This document shows, piece by piece, positions 10,598 to 20,328 of a stretch of DNA of 64,000 nt. The translations under genes were made by a program, and so were the position numbers. The DNA is from Clostridia bacterium. GTDB taxonomy: Bacteria > Bacillota > Clostridia > TANB77 > CAG-465. Every line of letters begins with the position of its first letter. Within the stretch, counting starts at the first letter, position 1. A model generated the notes under the pieces. It was not told the origin of the DNA. It saw only the letters and a list, made by a program, of their open reading frames with translations, and did no database searches. The stretch covers positions 64,001 to 128,000 of the forward strand of contig JAZSNU010000020.1 in assembly GCA_045536565.1 (NCBI GenBank). The letters run 5' to 3'.

Positions 10598-10614
10598 GTT
10601 TAGGAGTAAAAAAT

Positions 10615-11475
10615 ATGAATTTAAAAGAGAAAACTTTTAGAATGTTAAATTATTATGGATTAAAAGCAAAAAAGAGATTTGGCCAAAATTTTTTAATTGA
10701 CGAAAGTATAGTAGATAACATAGTGGAAAAATCTAATATATCAAGTGAAGATGTTGTAATTGAAATAGGACCCGGTCTAGGTAATTTAACTGAAAAATTA
10801 ATTGATAGAGCAAAGTTGGTACTTGCTTTTGAGATAGATGAAGATATGATTAGGGTTTTAAATGATAGGTTTAAGGATAAAACAAACTTAGTGGTTATAA
10901 GCAAAGATATACTTCAAGTAGATTTAGAACAAATACTAATAGAAAATGGAGTAGGCGAAAACAGTGTAAGAGTAGTTGCTAACCTACCATATTATATAAC
11001 AACACCTATTATGTTCAAATTGTTTAAATATACTAAATATATAAAAACAATGACTATTATGGTGCAGAAAGAAGTTGCCGAAAGAATAGTAGCAATACCA
11101 GGTTCAAAAGACTATGGCGTGCTAAGTATTAATACGAGATATTACGGAACATCAAAAAAATTATTTGATGTACCAAATATTTCATTTACACCAGCACCTA
11201 ATGTTACATCGGCAGTTGTAAAAATAGATATTAATATTATACAAGGAGTACAAAATGAGGACATGTTTTTTAAATTAGTAAAAGCCTCATTTGCACAAAG
11301 AAGGAAAAAAATTATAAATTCAATTGAAAATAGCAACATGATAGATATAAGTAAAGATAAATTAAGAAGTATATTAGAAAAAAACAACATATCTGATAAC
11401 ACAAGGGCAGAAGAAATTAATATAGAAAAATATATTACAATTTCTAATGATATATATAATGAAATAAAAAAATAA
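10615..11475 (+). CDS. rsmA: 16S rRNA m6,2A dimethyltransferase
   Basis: KKRFGQNFL, EIGPGLG, VANLPYYITTPI. Confidence 0.97.
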   Translation: MNLKEKTFRMLNYYGLKAKKRFGQNFLIDESIVDNIVEKSNISSEDVVIEIGPGLGNLTEKLIDRAKLVLAFEIDEDMIRVLNDRFKDKTNLVVISKDILQVDLEQILIENGVGENSVRVVANLPYYITTPIMFKLFKYTKYIKTMTIMVQKEVAERIVAIPGSKDYGVLSINTRYYGTSKKLFDVPNISFTPAPNVTSAVVKIDINIIQGVQNEDMFFKLVKASFAQRRKKIINSIENSNMIDISKDKLRSILEKNNISDNTRAEEINIEKYITISNDIYNEIKK

Positions 11476-11500
11476 GAGGAGTTAATTTCCTCTTATTTTT
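11471..11500. terminator. Bidirectional terminator overlapping both rsmA and mltG stop codons
   Basis: aataagagga-gttaatt-tcctcttatttt; only 6 nt between the stops. Confidence 0.7.
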
Positions 11501-12543
11501 GATATTGCTGCTAAATGTTCATTATATGTTTTGCTAAACACATGATTTCCATCATTTCCTAAAACAAAGAATAGGTAATCCGTATCAGCAGGGTATAATG
11601 CTGCTCTTATCGATTCTAATCCAGGTGAAGCAATTGGGTTAGGTGGTAATCCTGGGTTTTTATATGTATTATATGGGCTATCTATATTTGTATCAGCATT
11701 TGTTAAGACTGGTTTCCTTTCTTTTAGCACATATTGTACTGTTGCACAAGACTCCAAATATGGATAAGTTTTACTATTTAATCTGTTGTAAAATACAGAG
11801 GCTACAATATCTCTTTCGGTATCATTTGCTGCTTCTCTTTCTATAATAGATGCAAGAGTTATTAGTTCGTGAACAGACATTTTAAGTTCGTTAGTTCTTG
11901 TTTTCATTTCCTCTGTAAATTCAGATTCGAATTTGTTTAACATTTCTTTTAATACCTCTTCCTCAGAAGAATCCTTTGATACAGTATATGTTGCAGGGAA
12001 TAGATATCCCTCTAAATATACATCTGATTTTTGAATTCCTTGTAAAAACCAATAATCAAAATCTGAATTTAAAATAGTGTTTTTAAAGCCTTCATGTGAA
12101 CCTATACCCTTTTCAACACATAAATCAATAATTTGTCTTAGTTCATATCCTTCTGGTATAGTAACTTTAACAGAATTTTTCTTTCCGCCAACTTTTTGGA
12201 GTTCGACACTTAGTTCTTCATAAGACATGTTTTTATTTAAATAAAATACACCGTATTTATATTTATTGCTGTTTCCTTCTGCAATAGCAAATTCAATAAA
12301 TTTATCAGGATATTTAATTATATTTTTTTTGTATAGAATATTTGCTATTTCAGATAAATAAGCGCCTTCTGGTATTTCTATCTCAATTTCTTTTGCGTTT
12401 TCGATTTTGTTTGTTTTGTAATGGTCCTCTTTTATATCATTATTTTTCCATATTAAAAAACTTACCCCTGAAATTATTAAAATAGTCATAATTGATATGA
12501 TTATGACATAAACAGTTTTAAATTCCTTTCCTAATATTTTCAT
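11482..12543 (-). CDS. mltG: Endolytic transglycosylase MltG (YceG)
   Basis: IPEG, LEGYLFPATY, LASIIEREA, SPYNTYKNPGLPPNPIASPG. Confidence 0.95.
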   Translation of the reverse strand: MKILGKEFKTVYVIIISIMTILIISGVSFLIWKNNDIKEDHYKTNKIENAKEIEIEIPEGAYLSEIANILYKKNIIKYPDKFIEFAIAEGNSNKYKYGVFYLNKNMSYEELSVELQKVGGKKNSVKVTIPEGYELRQIIDLCVEKGIGSHEGFKNTILNSDFDYWFLQGIQKSDVYLEGYLFPATYTVSKDSSEEEVLKEMLNKFESEFTEEMKTRTNELKMSVHELITLASIIEREAANDTERDIVASVFYNRLNSKTYPYLESCATVQYVLKERKPVLTNADTNIDSPYNTYKNPGLPPNPIASPGLESIRAALYPADTDYLFFVLGNDGNHVFSKTYNEHLAAISKIRGN

Positions 12544-12668
12544 ATTCCACTCCTTTATATTTATAATATAAAATATTATCACACAAAGCAGTAAAAAACA
12601 ATAGAATATATAATATATAGGGAAAATAAAAAAATACTATACATTTTTTGTTTTTTTATCAAAAATGC

Positions 12669-12697
12669 TTGACATATTACTAAAAATATTGTAAACT
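12669..12697 (+). promoter_or_regulatory. Sigma-A promoter of tRNA operon
   Basis: TTGACA-17-TAAACT. Confidence 0.8.
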
Positions 12698-12717
12698 AAT
12701 ATGGCGATATGTTTTGA

Positions 12718-12793
12718 GGGCTATTAGCTCAGTTGGCAGAGCACTTGACTTTTAATCAAGTTGTCCCGCGTTCGAATCGCGGATAGCTCACCA
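12718..12793 (+). tRNA. tRNA-Lys(TTT)
   Basis: Cloverleaf, anticodon loop CTTTTAA, TTCGAAT, encoded CCA. Confidence 0.97.
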
Positions 12794-12797
12794 TGAT

Positions 12798-12872
12798 GGC
12801 CCGTTGGTCAATCGGTTAAGACATCGCCCTTTCACGGCGGAGTGAGGAGTTCGACTCTCCTACGGGTCACCA
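12798..12872 (+). tRNA. tRNA-Glu(TTC)
   Basis: Cloverleaf, anticodon loop CTTTCAC, TTCGACT, CCA. Confidence 0.97.
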
Positions 12873-12878
12873 TATCGT

Positions 12879-12954
12879 GCTGGAGTAGCTCAGCTGGTAG
12901 AGCAGCTGACTTGTAATCAGCAGGTCGTCAGTTCAATTCTGACCTTCAGCTCCA
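12879..12954 (+). tRNA. tRNA-Thr(TGT)
   Basis: Cloverleaf, anticodon loop CTTGTAA, TTCAATT, CCA. Confidence 0.97.
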
Positions 12955-12959
12955 AAATT

Positions 12960-12991
12960 AATCCTTGCAAGGAAACTTGCAGGGATTTTTT
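12960..12991 (+). terminator. Terminator of tRNA operon
   Basis: aatccttgcaag-gaaa-cttgcagggatt plus T tract. Confidence 0.85.
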
Positions 12992-13091
12992 GTGTTTAAG
13001 GTTGATTATTATGTTAAAATGTGGTATATATAAGTATAAATCAATTAGATATTTAAACTTAATATTAATATATTAAAGGAGGCGTGATGAC

Positions 13092-13424
13092 ATGGTTAGC
13101 TTGAATATAATAGGTACTAATGTAAAAGATGGAACAGCTCTGTATTATGCAAGTATAAGCTATGAGTATACAGTTGGAGAATTTATAAAAAGTGTACTAA
13201 ATGAAAGAAAGGGTGAATGGGGAGAAATAGCTGTAAAAATAAATAAAGGAAAAAAAGACTTTGTAGATATATTACTAGATAATACAGATGTAAATTCCTG
13301 TGATTATGCGTATGGAAAACTAAAATCTAAACTTAAAAAGGAAATATGCAAAAAAAACATAGTTTCCATATGGGCATATGGGGGATATTCGTGTATGGAC
13401 TATATTATTATAGTTGATAATTAG
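13092..13424 (+). CDS. Hypothetical protein, possibly phage-derived
   Basis: 110 aa, own promoter, AAAGGAGG SD and terminator; directly after tRNA cluster. Confidence 0.7.
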   Translation: MVSLNIIGTNVKDGTALYYASISYEYTVGEFIKSVLNERKGEWGEIAVKINKGKKDFVDILLDNTDVNSCDYAYGKLKSKLKKEICKKNIVSIWAYGGYSCMDYIIIVDN

Positions 13425-13445
13425 GACTTAGACTAAGGTTACTAA

Positions 13446-13475
13446 AAAACAGGTAGTTAAATTACTACCTGTTTT
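13446..13475. terminator. Bidirectional terminator
   Basis: aaaacaggtagt/actacctgtttt. Confidence 0.8.
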
Positions 13476-13484
13476 ACATATATT

Positions 13485-14702
13485 CTATTGATTAGTTTGT
13501 ACTTGTGGTCTATCTGCAATATCCATTTTAAGTCCTGATTCAAGTGGTGCTACTACTGTATAAGGAATAGATATATTAAATGTTTCAAAATTACTTAAAT
13601 CAACACCAACTAAAGAAGTTGTATTTTTATACATAAATGTTGTATTAATAACATTTGGATCTTTTTCATTTAAATAATCTGTAATAATATTACTAAATTC
13701 TACATCAAGTTTTTCAGCAGTATCCATATTGTACATATTCCATAAACCTGTTTTAGTATCTTGAATTAATAAAAAGTCAGCATTTGCACCGTTAAGCGTA
13801 ACTAGGGTAGTTGGATATGTAAATATTTTATCTATTATTACATCACCATTTAAATTATATATTTTGTTACCAGTAGTTCCTCTTTTTTGAATTACATAGC
13901 CTTCATCGTTATATTCAAATTCAAAACCTTCTTCTGTTTCAATTGAAGTACCGTTATCAAGTATTATATAGTTTAAATCATCTTTTACAGCCATACATGC
14001 TTTATTTGAATCTTTGATTTGTTCTATTTTATCAAATGTTGCTTCAATAATTTGCATGTTATCTTCGTCTACAATACCGTATTTTGTACTTCCAGAATTA
14101 CTAGATTTTATTATATATTGACTTTTTCCCTCTTTTGTAGGATAAGTTAACGCTTGCAATACATCTGCTTTATTTAAACTAGTATCAGAAACATCTTTTG
14201 CAACGAATTTATCAGGTGGTGTAATTTCTAAAAAAGAATAAACAGCATTTATAGAGGCAAAGTCTTTTTCAGTTGCTTTTTTACCAGTTGCATCTACTAA
14301 TCTATATATTGCATCGCTTTCAGATGCACCGTATTGCAATATGTATTTATCTAGAAAACCATCAGCACTCTTAATGTATATAAAATCATTTTCAACACCG
14401 TCTAATGTAATTGTTTCACCTGTTAAAAGATTATATAAATAACTTATATTTTCTGCTTTCAAATATAATATGTTGTTTACTCTTGCAACCTTTGTAAACT
14501 GTGGATTTGCTATTGTTTTTCCATTTGCGCTCATTACACCAAAAGCATTATTAGCTTCAATAATGTAAAGTCTTTCTATTGAATCACTATTACTAGTATT
14601 AGTTGGCTTTAAATCTTTAATTGCTATTATTATTCCCAACCCTATTAAAGTAATTGCCACCATTATTAATATAATGGCGATAATTGTGTTCTTATTAACC
14701 AT
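13485..14702 (-). CDS. Membrane-anchored WG-repeat-like surface protein
   Basis: N-terminal TM; repeats FGVMSANGKTIANPQF, YGIVDEDNMQIIEATFD. Confidence 0.7.
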   Translation of the reverse strand: MVNKNTIIAIILIMVAITLIGLGIIIAIKDLKPTNTSNSDSIERLYIIEANNAFGVMSANGKTIANPQFTKVARVNNILYLKAENISYLYNLLTGETITLDGVENDFIYIKSADGFLDKYILQYGASESDAIYRLVDATGKKATEKDFASINAVYSFLEITPPDKFVAKDVSDTSLNKADVLQALTYPTKEGKSQYIIKSSNSGSTKYGIVDEDNMQIIEATFDKIEQIKDSNKACMAVKDDLNYIILDNGTSIETEEGFEFEYNDEGYVIQKRGTTGNKIYNLNGDVIIDKIFTYPTTLVTLNGANADFLLIQDTKTGLWNMYNMDTAEKLDVEFSNIITDYLNEKDPNVINTTFMYKNTTSLVGVDLSNFETFNISIPYTVVAPLESGLKMDIADRPQVQTNQ

Positions 14703-14903
14703 ATGTATATCTCCCTCTTTAACATAAATATATATTATATGGTATAATATTACTTAAAATTTGTCAATAATAATTAATTAAGGTTAACAAAATTGTAATG
14801 TAAATTAAGGTGTGACATAAATACAAAAGATAAATTTGCCGTCTACTTTTGTAATATATTGTAGAAAGTATGGACATCTCTTTTATTTGGTTGTATATTT
14901 TGC

Positions 14904-16730
14904 TTGGGTGATAGTTTGATATATTTTTTTCTGATAAGTTTTTTTGTTTTTTCTATCGTTGATTATATTTATCTGTATAATTATTTTGATTCTAAGTTTT
15001 TCTTGAATAAATCTGGTAGCAAATTAAATTATTTAGTAGACTTAGAAAACAACAAAAAGAATTTTAAAGATGAGTTTATAGCAGTTTTTTCAAAAAAGAA
15101 TTTAGTTATTATTATAAAAGGTTTAATCTATATGATATTAATGCATATATTAAATATTATTGTATTCTATAAAATCATTTTTTCGGACTTCTTAATTCTT
15201 AATTTAGGATATAAAAAGATAGATGTTGTTTCTACATTTGATTCATATTGGACAGGTTATATAAAAATATATTATATAGTTTATACTATATTCTTAATTA
15301 TTATATATGTTAAATATATAACTAAATCAAAGAACAAAATTCGTTCAAAAAACAAAAAAGAAGATTTAATAATTAACGATATTAGCAAAATATATTTAGG
15401 AAGTACTATTCAAAAAAGCAAGGTATATATTGATAAAGAAGAACTATATAAAAATGTATTAATTACAGGTAGTATTGGTACAGGTAAGACGAGTGGCGCT
15501 ATAAATACATTTTGCAAGTATATGGTGCAAAATAATATTCCTGGGATTGTTATAGATATAAAAGGAAACTATGTAAGTAAAGTTAAATCATTTTTAAATA
15601 ATAATAATGTAGAAATAGTTGTTGTAGGTGACGAAAGTACATGTGGTTATAATCCTATAAGAAGAGATATTAACAGCATGGAAATGGCAAATAGATTAAG
15701 AAAAGTAATTGAACTAATCTCTATTTCTAACACTAGTGATTCATATTGGTTAGATAAGGTGGAAAATGTACTTTTTAATGTGCTTTTGCTTATAAAGCAT
15801 TGTCATTTAAATATAGATTTGCAAGAAATACACAGGTGCATAACTGATGATGAATATCTAAATAGAAATTTAGATAAATTAAAAGACATTGTAGTGGATA
15901 ATATCAATAATGATAAGACAGTACATGAAATAAATAATTTACTACTGTTTTTTAGAAATGAATATTTTAAGTTAGACATCAGAACAACTAGCATTATAAA
16001 ATCGGAAATAACAAGACTTACTATACCATTTGTAACTGAATATGATGTGTGTAAAAAGTATGGAACTGAAAGTAAAGATAATACTAATTTAACATTCAGT
16101 AATATAACTCCTAAAATAGTGATTTTTTCTATGAATATGAGTAAAAATTTCTTACTTACTAAAATACTAGCAACTTTTATCAAATTAGATTTTCAATCAG
16201 AAGTCCTTCAAAAAATATCAAATCCAATAGAAACATTTTGTATATGTGATGAGTATCAAGAATTTGCAAATAAGCAGGATGCACATTTTCTTTCTTTATC
16301 TAGGGAGGCCAAATGTATGAACATATTTAGTATGCAAAGTTATTCTTCACTAAATAATACATTAAAAAATGAATATGCATCAAATGTAATAATACAAAAT
16401 CTAGTAAATAAGATATGGTTTAGAAATGATGATAATTATACATCACAAGAAATAGTAAAACAAATTGGACAAGAGAAAAAACAATTTAAAACAAGTAGTA
16501 TAAGTGAAGGTGCTGAGGAATCAAAGAAAAGCATATTAAGCGGATTTAAGAACAAAAAATCAAATATATCAAAGACTATCAGCTATGCAGAAAATAATGA
16601 CAATATAGTTAGTTCAAAAGTTATAACACAAGAGCTTGAAGTGCTAGAGGCATTAGTGCTGTTTGGCAGTAATGGTAAAATGAATGAAATTCAAAGAATA
16701 AAGTTTGAAAGGGAGGAAGATAATGAATAA
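14904..16730 (+). CDS. VirD4/TraD/TraG-like coupling-protein ATPase (start uncertain, TTG 14904 or 14916)
   Basis: N-terminal TM helices; Walker A ITGSIGTGKTS; Walker B ICDEYQEF; SREAKCMNIFSMQS; KIWFRNDD..T....KQIG. Confidence 0.85.
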   Translation: MGDSLIYFFLISFFVFSIVDYIYLYNYFDSKFFLNKSGSKLNYLVDLENNKKNFKDEFIAVFSKKNLVIIIKGLIYMILMHILNIIVFYKIIFSDFLILNLGYKKIDVVSTFDSYWTGYIKIYYIVYTIFLIIIYVKYITKSKNKIRSKNKKEDLIINDISKIYLGSTIQKSKVYIDKEELYKNVLITGSIGTGKTSGAINTFCKYMVQNNIPGIVIDIKGNYVSKVKSFLNNNNVEIVVVGDESTCGYNPIRRDINSMEMANRLRKVIELISISNTSDSYWLDKVENVLFNVLLLIKHCHLNIDLQEIHRCITDDEYLNRNLDKLKDIVVDNINNDKTVHEINNLLLFFRNEYFKLDIRTTSIIKSEITRLTIPFVTEYDVCKKYGTESKDNTNLTFSNITPKIVIFSMNMSKNFLLTKILATFIKLDFQSEVLQKISNPIETFCICDEYQEFANKQDAHFLSLSREAKCMNIFSMQSYSSLNNTLKNEYASNVIIQNLVNKIWFRNDDNYTSQEIVKQIGQEKKQFKTSSISEGAEESKKSILSGFKNKKSNISKTISYAENNDNIVSSKVITQELEVLEALVLFGSNGKMNEIQRIKFEREEDNE

Positions 16731-17049
16731 AATATTAATCAAAATAACGGCCGTGTTGGTTATTACAGTGATTGTAATAGGTATGTTTTCAACAGTATAT
16801 GGTGCAACAACACCAACACTAGTTAATAAACTAAATTCTATTTTAAAGAAAATAAAAGAATATATGGTAAAACTTGCAGGACCTGCTGCTGCTCTTGCAA
16901 TTGCAACAGGGGTTATGATTAGAAAATTAAGTTTTGGTGATGAAGAAAAAATGGTGATAGGGAAAAGGGTTATCATTAACGCTATATTTTGTTATTTCAT
17001 AATTTTGCTTGTAGATTTAATTGTTAAATTTATAGAGGCTTTGGTATAG
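16723..17049 (+). CDS. VirB2/TrbC-like pilin
   Basis: Signal peptide (VYG-ATT), two hydrophobic helices split by SFGDEEKMVIGKR; overlaps VirD4 stop. Confidence 0.65.
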   Translation: MNKILIKITAVLVITVIVIGMFSTVYGATTPTLVNKLNSILKKIKEYMVKLAGPAAALAIATGVMIRKLSFGDEEKMVIGKRVIINAIFCYFIILLVDLIVKFIEALV

Positions 17050-17052
17050 AGT

Positions 17053-17892
17053 ATGACGGACAACATATTAAGTTCTATCAATATTTTACTTGAAAAAATA
17101 TACAAATCAGTAGAATACAATATATATGAATTGTTAGATAGACTTGTAGATATATCTAATGATGTTTTAAAAAACGAACCACTTAAATACATATTTAAAG
17201 ATAGTGATAAAGAGGGCATAATATTTATTTCAACATCTCTTGTTTTGTTTTATATACTTCAATATATGTTACTTAAATTTATAGCAATGTATAACGGTAA
17301 AAATACTGAAAATATATTTAAATATATTTTTAAGGTTATACTATGCGTAATTTTCACAAGTTCATCAATGTATATATGTGAAACTGTACTTGAAATAAAT
17401 AGCCTTTTTACCGAGATTATATCATCACTTGGCGAAAATATAACAGGAGAAAAAATATCATTTAATTCGCTTAAAGAAGTAATAGTAGATTTAGAAAAGT
17501 ATATGGGACAGGACTGTGTTAGTCTAGATGGCCTTATAAAAGGATTTATATCTTTTGGTAGTGTTACTCTTTTAATAAATTATGCAGTAAGATATGTAAC
17601 GGTTATATTTTTAATAATTATTATGCCTCTTGCAATAATGTTCTCTATTTCTCCTTATACAAAGGGTATATTTAATTCATGGATTAAATTATTTATAGTA
17701 AATCTTTCAATGCAATGGATAGTAAAATTTATACTAATAATACCAATTTCAATAAAAGAAATTAATACAGATATGTTTAAAATAATTATAGTTGGAACCA
17801 TCTATGTGTTATATAAAATAAATGGTTTTGTTAAAGAATTTTTAGGAAATATATATGATAGTACAAGTTATATGAATAAAGGAGGATACTGA
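17053..17892 (+). CDS. VirB6/TrbL-like polytopic membrane protein
   Basis: About 5-6 TM; YAVRYVTVIFLIIIMPLAIMFSI...FNSWIKLFIVNLSMQ pattern. Confidence 0.7.
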   Translation: MTDNILSSINILLEKIYKSVEYNIYELLDRLVDISNDVLKNEPLKYIFKDSDKEGIIFISTSLVLFYILQYMLLKFIAMYNGKNTENIFKYIFKVILCVIFTSSSMYICETVLEINSLFTEIISSLGENITGEKISFNSLKEVIVDLEKYMGQDCVSLDGLIKGFISFGSVTLLINYAVRYVTVIFLIIIMPLAIMFSISPYTKGIFNSWIKLFIVNLSMQWIVKFILIIPISIKEINTDMFKIIIVGTIYVLYKINGFVKEFLGNIYDSTSYMNKGGY

Positions 17893-18275
17893 TTATTGAA
17901 AAGTTAAAAACATATACAAGATTGGATAGAAAGGCAAAACTTTATGGAATATTAGATTACAGAATAATAATATGTATACTAGTATATTTTGCGGTATTAT
18001 ACAACATATTAAATCTTTTGGGAATATCAATGATATATATAGTATACATGTTAATTTTATCATTAATACCTCTTTTTGGACTATATTTTACTTTAAGTAA
18101 AGAAGACAATGTATTAGAAATTATTTCAAATATATTATCATATGTGTTTAAGCCTAAAATATATTTGCATATGTATAAAAACAATCAAAATGAATATATG
18201 ATATATAAAAGTAAAAGAGTATTAGTTGTAAAAAGAAATAATAAATGGTATAATTTAAAAAGTATATTTAAATAG
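17892..18275 (+). CDS. PrgI/VirB3-like two-TM protein (probable ATT start at 17892, alternatively TTG 17922)
   Basis: KLYGILDYR, two TMs, then YVFKPKIYLH; GGAGG at 17881-17885. Confidence 0.6.
   Translation: MIEKLKTYTRLDRKAKLYGILDYRIIICILVYFAVLYNILNLLGISMIYIVYMLILSLIPLFGLYFTLSKEDNVLEIISNILSYVFKPKIYLHMYKNNQNEYMIYKSKRVLVVKRNNKWYNLKSIFK
18226..18254 (+). promoter_or_regulatory. Sigma-A promoter of dnaD, inside the PrgI-like ORF
   Basis: TTGTAA-17-TATAAT with extended -10 TG. Confidence 0.65.
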
Positions 18276-18296
18276 TAATGTTTTGAGGAGAATTAT

Positions 18297-19274
18297 ATGA
18301 AGTGCGTTGAAAAAACAAAAATAGAAATGTCGGACATGCTTGTTCCTGATATATTTGTAACTAACTATATGATGGGGCTAGATGAACATTCTTTAAAGAT
18401 ATATCTATATATGAAGTTTATGGCTAAAAATGATATAGATATTAAAGAAGATCAAATAATTAAAAAGATAGGAATAAGTAAAGTAGAATATGAAAAAGCA
18501 ATGAAACTACTTGAATCAGAAGAACTTGTTGTAAAACTAGAAAATGGTTATAGTTTGGTGGATATTAAAGAATTAGAGTTAAATAAAACATATATACCAA
18601 AATTAAAACCAAAATCAGATAGTAGAAAAACAGCAGTAGAAAAGAAGAGAATAGCAGCGGCTTCTGCAATAAATGAAACATTCTTCCAAGGAATAATGAC
18701 TCTTGGATGGTATGTTGATATTAGTACATTGTTTGAAAAATACATGTTTGATGAAGATGTAATGATTGCACTTTTCCAATATTGTCAAGAAAGAAATGCG
18801 CTTAGAAAAAACTATGTTTTTAAAGTTGCTGAAACATGGTATAAAGGCAATGTAAAAACATTTGAACAATTAGAAAACTATTTAGAAGAACAAGATAGAA
18901 TAAATAAAATAAAGTCTAAGATAAAAAGAGCATTTGGTTTATCTAGAAACTTTACTGAATATGAGGAAGAACAAATTAATAAATGGCTAAATGAATATAG
19001 GTATGAATATGATGTTATTGAAATAGCATTAAAGAAAACAGTACAAAAGACAACGAATCCAACAATAAATTATGCCAATGCCATAATAACAAGTTGGCAC
19101 GAAAAAGGTTTAAAAACATTAACGGAAGTTCTAGAAGAAAATAACAAAGTAACTAAACAAATGGTAAGTAAAACTGCGGCTCAAAGCAAAAAAGTAATAA
19201 ATACTAATTTAAAACATAAAAATTATGAACAAAGGAAGTATGATGATTTAGAATCGTTTTATGATAATTTTTAA
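18297..19274 (+). CDS. DnaD/DnaB domain replication initiation protein
   Basis: VPDIFVTNYM N-terminus, two DnaD-like domains (YVFKVAETWY; INYANAIITSWHEKGLKT), NYEQRKYD tail. Confidence 0.88.
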   Translation: MKCVEKTKIEMSDMLVPDIFVTNYMMGLDEHSLKIYLYMKFMAKNDIDIKEDQIIKKIGISKVEYEKAMKLLESEELVVKLENGYSLVDIKELELNKTYIPKLKPKSDSRKTAVEKKRIAAASAINETFFQGIMTLGWYVDISTLFEKYMFDEDVMIALFQYCQERNALRKNYVFKVAETWYKGNVKTFEQLENYLEEQDRINKIKSKIKRAFGLSRNFTEYEEEQINKWLNEYRYEYDVIEIALKKTVQKTTNPTINYANAIITSWHEKGLKTLTEVLEENNKVTKQMVSKTAAQSKKVINTNLKHKNYEQRKYDDLESFYDNF

Positions 19275-19295
19275 CCTATAAAAGGGGTGAGAATA

Positions 19296-20312
19296 ATGGA
19301 TATAGACATATATAAAGAAATAAATAGACAATATGAACAAAAAAGAGAAGATGTAGAAACTAGCATTAAAAAAAGAAAAAGAGAACTTGAAGAAAAACTT
19401 CCTAAATATTCTGAACTTCAAAAAAGAAAGAATAAGGTGGCTATTGATTATGCGAGAGAAATACTTAAAAAATCAGGTATAGAAAGAGAAATAGCAGAAG
19501 AAAACATGAAGATTGAAATAGCAAAACTTCAAAGTGAAGAAGATAAATTATTAGTTAGTGAAGGTTATGAAGAAAGTTATTTGCTTCCAAAATATGAATG
19601 CGACATATGTAAAGACACAGGACATGTAATGACAGCAAAAGGCGAAAAATATTGTAAGTGTTTTATACAAAAAATTGTTGATAAAACATATAAACAATAT
19701 AACATGCTAAAAATAAATGAGGAAAACTTTAATACTTTTGATATAGGATATTATTCTGATAAAGTTGATAAAGAAAAATACAGAAGTGATATATCTCCAA
19801 GAGATAATATTGTTAAAATAAAACAAATAGCAGAGAAGTTTTGTAAAAATATAGATAAAGATGACCAAAAGAGCTTGTTATTTGTCGGAAATACAGGAAC
19901 GGGTAAAACATTTTTAAGTAACTGTATTGCATATGAATTAATAAACAATGGTTATACTGTGTTATATCAGACTGCTCCTATGCTTATGGATATGGCTATG
20001 GAATCAAAATATAATTATGAGAAAAAAGATGGCAGTAAAATGAAATATGAAAGTATATTTGATGTTGATCTTTTAATAATTGATGATTTAGGAACGGAAA
20101 CATTAAATAATAATAGATTTACTGAACTCTTTAATATTATAAATACAAGGCTTTTAAAAAGTAAAAAAACTATAATTTCAACAAATCTAATGCTTAATGA
20201 ATTAAGCGAGGAGTATGATGAAAGAGTAATGTCTAGACTTATTGGTAACTATACAATATGTAAATTCATTGGTGATGATATAAGATTTAAGAAGAAAAAG
20301 ATGGCTGAATAA
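19296..20312 (+). CDS. DnaC/DnaI-like helicase loader ATPase
   Basis: CDICKDTG...CKC zinc motif, GNTGTGKT, LLIIDDLGTE, IISTNL, ERVMSRL. Confidence 0.9.
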   Translation: MDIDIYKEINRQYEQKREDVETSIKKRKRELEEKLPKYSELQKRKNKVAIDYAREILKKSGIEREIAEENMKIEIAKLQSEEDKLLVSEGYEESYLLPKYECDICKDTGHVMTAKGEKYCKCFIQKIVDKTYKQYNMLKINEENFNTFDIGYYSDKVDKEKYRSDISPRDNIVKIKQIAEKFCKNIDKDDQKSLLFVGNTGTGKTFLSNCIAYELINNGYTVLYQTAPMLMDMAMESKYNYEKKDGSKMKYESIFDVDLLIIDDLGTETLNNNRFTELFNIINTRLLKSKKTIISTNLMLNELSEEYDERVMSRLIGNYTICKFIGDDIRFKKKKMAE

Positions 20313-20328
20313 AACCATATGAAAGTAG

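Noticed and set aside
14870-14911. 13-codon hydrophobic uORF (MDISFIWLYILLG) that could be a frameshifted VirD4 N-terminus
   Set aside because: No properly spaced SD, and a TTG start with a GGGTGA SD explains the gene; cannot be supported without orthologues.
12718-20312. Integrated element (tRNA att site + T4SS genes + DnaD/DnaC as phage-like replication module)
   Set aside because: No integrase or duplicated tRNA 3' end was seen; the dnaD-dnaC pair looks like the normal clostridial chromosomal pair.
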